Origin: Truepera radiovictrix
GTDB lineage: Bacteria; Deinococcota; Deinococci; Deinococcales; Trueperaceae
NCBI GenBank assembly: GCA_044462445.1
Contig: JBIQNJ010000004.1
Location: 6,500 to 70,499 of the forward strand
Direction of reading: 5' to 3'
Length of the DNA: 64,000 nucleotides
A model generated the notes under the pieces. It made no database searches, was not told the DNA's origin, and was given only the letters and a program-made list of their open reading frames with translations. The position numbers and the translations under genes are program-made. This document shows, one piece after another, positions 58,181 through 64,000 of the stretch (position 1 is the stretch's first letter; every line of letters starts with the position of its first letter).

Positions 58181-58240
58181 CACGATCTGCAGCACGACCT
58201 GTAGCACGACCTGTAGCACGACCTGCGACACGACCTGCAA
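58181..58240 (+). repeat. Five tandem copies of a 12-bp unit CACGA(C/T)CTG(C/T)(A/G)N ending at the SD of the ALDH gene
   Basis: cacgatctgcag | cacgacctgtag | cacgacctgtag | cacgacctgcga | cacgacctgcaa, followed directly by GGAG-N6-ATG (58251). Confidence 0.9.
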
Positions 58241-58250
58241 GGAGCCGCGC

Positions 58251-60680
58251 ATGAGTGTGAAAGAGATCTTCTCCACCATGGAGTACGGACCCGCACCGGA
58301 AGCCGACGACGTGGCGCGCGCCTGGCTCGAGCGTCACGGCCGCAAGTTCGGCCATTACATCGGTGGCCGCTTCGTGAAGCCCAAAGAGGGCGAGTACCTG
58401 AGCAGCCAGTACCCCGGCGACGCCAGCCACCTGGCTGACTTCGCGCAGGGCAGTGCCGCCGACGTCAAGGCGGCGGTCAAGGCCGCCAACGACGCGCTGC
58501 CCGTGTGGCAGAAGCTGGGGCCGCACGGTCGCTCCAGGTACCTGTACGCGCTGGCGCGCCACATGCAGAAGCACGCCCGCCTGCTGGCCGTGGTGGAGTC
58601 GCTGGACAACGGCAAGCCCATCCGCGAGACCCGCGACCTGGACGTGCCGTTGGCCGCGCGCCACTTCTATCACCATGCAGGCTGGGCCCAGCTACTGGAG
58701 AGCGAGTTCCCCGGCTACGAGGCGGCGGGGGTGTGCGGCCAGATAATCCCCTGGAACTTCCCGCTGCTCATGCTGGCGTGGAAGGTGGCGCCGGCGCTGG
58801 CGGCGGGTAACACGGTGGTGCTCAAGCCGGCCGAGTTCACGCCGCTCTCGGCGCTGCTGTTCGCCGAGCTCGCCACCGAGGTCGGCCTGCCGGCGGGCGT
58901 GCTCAACATCGTCACGGGCGACGGCCGCACGGGCGCCGCGCTGGTCGCCAGCGACGGCCTTAACAAGGTGGCCTTCACCGGTTCCACCGAGGTGGGGCGC
59001 ATCATCCGGCAGCAGACGGCCGGGCGCGGCCTCAAGCTCTCGCTCGAGCTGGGGGGCAAGTCGCCCTTCATCGTGTTCGACGACGCCGACATAGATGGCG
59101 CCGTGGAGGGCGTGGTAGACGCCATCTGGTTCAACCAGGGTCAGGTGTGCTGCGCCGGTAGCCGCCTGCTCGTGCAGGAGAGCGTAGCCGCCAGGCTCGA
59201 AGCCAAGCTGCGCGCCCGTATGGAGAGACTGCGCGAGGGCCCCTCGCTGGACAAGTCCATCGACATCGGCGCCATCATCGCGCCCGTGCAACTGGAGAAG
59301 ATCCAGCGCCTGGTGCAGCAGGGCATCGACGACGGCTACGCCTGCTACCAGCCCAGCTGGTCGGCCCCCAAGGACGGCTGGTACTACCCGCCCACCCTGT
59401 TCAGCAACGTCTCGCCTGCGGCCACCATCGCGCAGGAGGAGATCTTCGGGCCCGTGATCGTCAGCATGACGTTCCGCACCCCCGAGGAGGCGGTGGAGCT
59501 GGCCAACGACAGCCGCTACGGGCTCGCCGCCTCCGTCTGGACGGAGAACGTCAACCTGGCGCTGGACGTCGCTCCCAAGCTCAAGGCGGGCGTGGTGTGG
59601 GTCAACTGCACCAACGTGTTCGACGCGGCCTCCGGCTTCGGTGGCTACCGTGAGTCGGGCTTCGGCCGCGAGGGCGGCCGCGAGGGCTTCTACGAGTACC
59701 TGAAGCCCAGATACCTCAAGGGCCTGCCGGAGTACAGCGCAGCGGAGCTGGCGCCGCCGGCCGGCGCGGCCGAACTCGGTGTGGCCGAGGCCGGCAGTGT
59801 GAGTGCCGGCGCCGGCGGCAAGGCTGCCGCTCCCGCCATAGACCGCACGCCCAAGCTGTTCATCGGCGGCAAGCAGAAGCGCCCCGACGGCAACTACGTC
59901 TACCCGGTGCTGGGTGCAGACGGTCGGTCTGTCGGCCAGGCCCCGCTCGGCAACCGCAAGGATGTACGCGACGCCGTGGAGGCGGCCGAGAAGAGCTCGG
60001 CCTGGACCAAGAGCACGGCGCACGGCCGCGCCCAGGTGCTCTACTACCTGGCCGAGAACCTGAGCCTGCGCGCCCCCGAGTTCGAGGAGCGCCTGCGCGC
60101 CCTGACCGGTCTGGACCGGAAGGGCGCCGCGCGCGAGGTGGAGGCGAGCATCGCGCGCCTCTTCAGCTACGCCGCCTGGGCCGACAAGTACGACGGCCAG
60201 GTGCACCCCACCCCGTTCAGGAACGTCACCCTGGCCATGAACGAGCCGTGGGACGTCATGGCCATAGTCGCGCCGGAGGAGGCCCCGCTCCTAGGCTTCG
60301 TCTCGCTGCTAGCGCCGGCGCTGGCCATGGGTAACAGGGTCGTGGCCGTGCCCAGCTCCCGCTACCCGCTGGCCGCCACGGACCTGTACCAGGTGTTCGA
60401 GACATCGGACCTGCCGGCCGGCGCCGTCAACCTGGTCACCGGCTTCAAGGACGAGCTGGCCCAGGTGCTGGCGCGCCACGACGCCGTGCAGGCCATGTGG
60501 TACTTCGGTTCGGCCGAGGGCAGCAGGATGGTGGAGAAGGAGAGCGCCGGCAACCTCAAGGCCACCTGGGTGAACTTCGGCAAGAAACGCGACTGGTACG
60601 ACCCCGTGCAGGGCGAGGGACGCGAGTTCCTCCGCCTGGCCACGCGCGTCAAGAACATCTGGGTGCCCTATGGCGAGTGA
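58251..60680 (+). CDS. Two-module aldehyde dehydrogenase: a complete ALDH domain plus a C-terminal truncated ALDH-like module
   Basis: 809 aa. Module 1 carries the catalytic Glu in ELGGKSP and the catalytic Cys in [12 protein letters not shown], plus EEIFGPV. Module 2 starts at about aa 535 ([12 protein letters not shown]...) and resembles only the N-terminal/cofactor-binding half of an ALDH, with no Cys motif. Confidence 0.85.
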   Translation: MSVKEIFSTMEYGPAPEADDVARAWLERHGRKFGHYIGGRFVKPKEGEYLSSQYPGDASHLADFAQGSAADVKAAVKAANDALPVWQKLGPHGRSRYLYALARHMQKHARLLAVVESLDNGKPIRETRDLDVPLAARHFYHHAGWAQLLESEFPGYEAAGVCGQIIPWNFPLLMLAWKVAPALAAGNTVVLKPAEFTPLSALLFAELATEVGLPAGVLNIVTGDGRTGAALVASDGLNKVAFTGSTEVGRIIRQQTAGRGLKLSLELGGKSPFIVFDDADIDGAVEGVVDAIWFNQGQVCCAGSRLLVQESVAARLEAKLRARMERLREGPSLDKSIDIGAIIAPVQLEKIQRLVQQGIDDGYACYQPSWSAPKDGWYYPPTLFSNVSPAATIAQEEIFGPVIVSMTFRTPEEAVELANDSRYGLAASVWTENVNLALDVAPKLKAGVVWVNCTNVFDAASGFGGYRESGFGREGGREGFYEYLKPRYLKGLPEYSAAELAPPAGAAELGVAEAGSVSAGAGGKAAAPAIDRTPKLFIGGKQKRPDGNYVYPVLGADGRSVGQAPLGNRKDVRDAVEAAEKSSAWTKSTAHGRAQVLYYLAENLSLRAPEFEERLRALTGLDRKGAAREVEASIARLFSYAAWADKYDGQVHPTPFRNVTLAMNEPWDVMAIVAPEEAPLLGFVSLLAPALAMGNRVVAVPSSRYPLAATDLYQVFETSDLPAGAVNLVTGFKDELAQVLARHDAVQAMWYFGSAEGSRMVEKESAGNLKATWVNFGKKRDWYDPVQGEGREFLRLATRVKNIWVPYGE

Positions 60681-60687
60681 ACCGCCT

Positions 60688-61881
60688 ATGCGCCCCGCTA
60701 CCTACGAGTTCCTCGGGCACCTGAGCGACGAGACGACCAAGCTCAAGGAAGAGGGCCTGTTCAAGAGCGAGCGCGTCATCACCTCCCACCAGCAGGCGCT
60801 GGTGCAGGTCGACGGCCAGGAGTTGCTCAACCTATGCGCCAACAACTACCTGGGGCTGGCGAACCACCCGGCCATCATCCGCGCTGCGCAGGAGGGCATG
60901 GACGAGCGCGGCTACGGCGTGGCGTCCGTGCGCTTCATCTGCGGCACGCAGGACATCCATAAGGAGCTGGAGGGACGCCTGAGCAGCTTCCTGGGCACGG
61001 AGGACACCATCCTCTACTCCAGCTGCTTCGATGCCAACGGTGGGCTGTTCGAGACGCTGCTGGGTGAGGAGGACGCGATAATCTCCGACTCGCTCAACCA
61101 CGCCAGCATCATCGACGGCGTGCGCCTCAGCAAGGCCAAGCGCTTCAGGTACGCCAACAACGACATGGCCGATCTCAGGCGGCAGCTGGAGGCAGCGTCG
61201 GGCTCGCGCTTCAAGCTCATCGCCACCGACGGCGTGTTCTCCATGGACGGCGTGATCGCCGACCTGCGGGGCATATGCGACCTTGCCGACGAGTACGGCG
61301 CGCTGGTCATGGTGGACGATTCGCACGCCACCGGCTTCACCGGCGAGCAGGGGCGCGGAACGCACGAGCTGACCGGCACGATGGAGCGCGTCGACATCCT
61401 CACCGGCACGCTTGGCAAGGCGCTCGGTGGCGGGTCGGGCGGCTACACCAGCGGCCGCCAGCAGATGATCGACTGGCTGCGCCAGCGCAGCCGGCCGTAC
61501 CTGTTCTCCAACTCGTTAGCGCCGTCGGTGGTGTCGGCCTCCCTGAAGGCGCTCGACCTGCTGGAGGGCGGGGGCGAACTGCGCGCGCAGCTGCGCGAGA
61601 ACGCGGAGTACTTCCGCAGTGCTATGACCGCCGCCGGGTTCACGCTGGCGGGCGCGGGCCACCCGATCATCCCCGTAATGATCGGCGACGCCGCCTTGGC
61701 GGCCAAGATGGCCGACGAACTGCTTAAGCGCGGCATCTACGTCATCGGCTTCTCGTTCCCGGTGGTGCCGCGCGGTCAGGCGCGCATACGAACGCAGATG
61801 TCGGCTGCTCATACGCGCCAGCAGCTGGAGCGCGCGGTGGCGGCGTTCACAGAAGTAGGGAAAGAACTAGGAGTGATTTAA
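60688..61881 (+). CDS. kbl: Glycine C-acetyltransferase (2-amino-3-ketobutyrate CoA ligase)
   Basis: ORF 60670..61881, trimmed to ATG 60688 (MRPATYEFL... parallels known Kbl N-termini). [21 protein letters not shown] and the PLP lysine in [10 protein letters not shown]. Confidence 0.92.
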   Translation: MRPATYEFLGHLSDETTKLKEEGLFKSERVITSHQQALVQVDGQELLNLCANNYLGLANHPAIIRAAQEGMDERGYGVASVRFICGTQDIHKELEGRLSSFLGTEDTILYSSCFDANGGLFETLLGEEDAIISDSLNHASIIDGVRLSKAKRFRYANNDMADLRRQLEAASGSRFKLIATDGVFSMDGVIADLRGICDLADEYGALVMVDDSHATGFTGEQGRGTHELTGTMERVDILTGTLGKALGGGSGGYTSGRQQMIDWLRQRSRPYLFSNSLAPSVVSASLKALDLLEGGGELRAQLRENAEYFRSAMTAAGFTLAGAGHPIIPVMIGDAALAAKMADELLKRGIYVIGFSFPVVPRGQARIRTQMSAAHTRQQLERAVAAFTEVGKELGVI

Positions 61882-62913
61882 GTGAGGGCGCTAGCCAAGA
61901 CAGAGCCGCGCGAGGGTATCTGGCGGGTCGAGGTCGACCGGCCGGTGCCGGGCCCTAACGACCTGCTCATCCGCATCAGGAAGACAAGCGTGTGCGGCAC
62001 CGACGTGCACATCTATAACTGGGACGAGTGGTCGCGGCGCACCGTGCCTGTGCCTTTGGTGACCGGCCACGAGTGGGTGGGCGTGGTGGCCGACATGGGC
62101 AGCGAGGTGACCGGCTACAAGGTGGGTGACCGCGTGAGCGGGGAGGGGCATATCACCTGCGGCCAGTGCCGCAACTGTCGGGCCGGCCGGCGTCACCTGT
62201 GCCGCAACACCGTGGGTGTGGGTGTGCAGCGCCAGGGTGCGTTCGCCGACTACTTCGTGCTGCCGGCGTTCAACGCCTTCAAGCTGCCCGACGCCATCCC
62301 TGACGACGTGGCGTCTATCCTCGACCCCCTCGGCAACGCCGTGCATACGGCCCTCACGTACGACCTGGTAGGGGAGGACGTGCTCATCACGGGCGCCGGC
62401 CCCATAGGCCTGATGGCCTCGGCGGTGGCGCGCTTCGTGGGTGCCAGGCACATCGTCATCACGGACGTGAACCCCGACAGGTTGAAGATGGCCGCCGCCA
62501 TGGGCGCCACCCGCGCTGTCAACGTGGCCGACCCCGGCGTCGACCTCTGGGATGTGATGACGGAGCTCGGCATGACGGAAGGCTTCGACGTGGCGCTGGA
62601 GATGTCGGGCGCGCCGGGGGCGTTCGGGCAGATATTAGACACCATCATCCATGGCGGCAAGGTGGCGCTCCTCGGCATACCCAGCCGTGACATCGCCATA
62701 GACTGGAACCATGTCATCTTCAAGGGCCTCAACATCCAGGGCATCTACGGCCGGCAGATGTTCGAGACCTGGTACAAGATGAGCAACATGCTGCAGGCAG
62801 GGCTCGACGTCACGCCGGTCATAACGCACCGGTTCGGCATGGAGGAGTACCAGCAGGCGTTCGACGTCATGCGCAGCGGCAAGTCTGGCAAGGTCATCCT
62901 GGACTGGCAGTAA
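61882..62913 (+). CDS. tdh: L-threonine 3-dehydrogenase
   Basis: 343 aa. [21 protein letters not shown], the structural-zinc Cys cluster [15 protein letters not shown], and GAGPIGLM. It starts 1 nt after the kbl stop. Confidence 0.93.
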   Translation: MRALAKTEPREGIWRVEVDRPVPGPNDLLIRIRKTSVCGTDVHIYNWDEWSRRTVPVPLVTGHEWVGVVADMGSEVTGYKVGDRVSGEGHITCGQCRNCRAGRRHLCRNTVGVGVQRQGAFADYFVLPAFNAFKLPDAIPDDVASILDPLGNAVHTALTYDLVGEDVLITGAGPIGLMASAVARFVGARHIVITDVNPDRLKMAAAMGATRAVNVADPGVDLWDVMTELGMTEGFDVALEMSGAPGAFGQILDTIIHGGKVALLGIPSRDIAIDWNHVIFKGLNIQGIYGRQMFETWYKMSNMLQAGLDVTPVITHRFGMEEYQQAFDVMRSGKSGKVILDWQ

Positions 62914-62935
62914 GAGCCTGGCCGGTGAGGCAGCG

Positions 62936-62965
62936 CGGGCCGCGACCGTACTACGGTGCGGCCCG
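62936..62965. terminator. GC-rich hairpin between the convergent tdh and livF genes
   Basis: GGGCCGC...GCGGCCC outer stem with an inner ACCG/CGGT stem. No U-tract. Confidence 0.35.
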
Positions 62966-62986
62966 GCTCTCCTGCCGACCGTGCCC

Positions 62987-64000
<1,014 letters not shown>

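Noticed and set aside
58181-58240. The 12-bp tandem repeats considered as a possible CRISPR array or coding repeat.
   Set aside because: The units are only 12 bp, directly adjacent with no spacers, and there are no cas genes. The only frames reading through it are shadow ORFs (VLQVVLQV..., GRATGRATG...). I kept it as a non-coding tandem repeat.

Overview
This is a high-GC (roughly two-thirds G+C by eye) bacterial chromosomal segment. It is densely packed with about 57 protein-coding genes on both strands. I recognised no rRNA, tRNA, tmRNA, RNase P RNA, CRISPR array, transposase, integrase or phage-like gene. All family calls come from motifs read in the translated ORFs; no searches were run. 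The content is mostly core housekeeping, left to right: a truncated multi-GAF sensor, ftsK, an isoaspartyl peptidase, mreD-mrdA-minC, a thiolase and tyrA-aroF. Next come a class-I amidotransferase, purA, gltA, a 2-oxoacid dehydrogenase E1alpha/E1beta/E2 operon, uvrC and MoxR-DUF58 followed by two BMP/nucleoside-type ABC permeases. These are followed by malQ, natAB-like ABC-2 exporter genes, ruvA, ald, truB, an OmpR/HK two-component pair, dcd, an SPFH protein and mltG-ruvX-alaS. The window ends with phnDCEE, a D-cysteine desulfhydrase-like gene, deoC-ALDH-kbl-tdh and livFG. The taxon cannot be established from reading the sequence alone, although the alaS-ruvX-mltG order and the DAHP synthase with an N-terminal regulatory domain fit a Deinococcus-Thermus-like or similar high-GC lineage. 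I do not see a clear multi-gene novel system such as a defence island. The observations most worth follow-up are: (1) a candidate ribosome-mediated attenuator with a Tyr/Trp-rich leader peptide upstream of aroF-tyrA; (2) a sharply AT-enriched synonymous patch inside dcd; (3) five copies of a 12-bp tandem repeat abutting the SD of a double-module aldehyde dehydrogenase; (4) MoxR-DUF58 running straight into an expanded ABC permease pair with no ATPase or binding protein nearby; (5) a 354-bp structured leader before the 2-oxoacid dehydrogenase operon; (6) two uncharacterised genes appended to phnDCEE.
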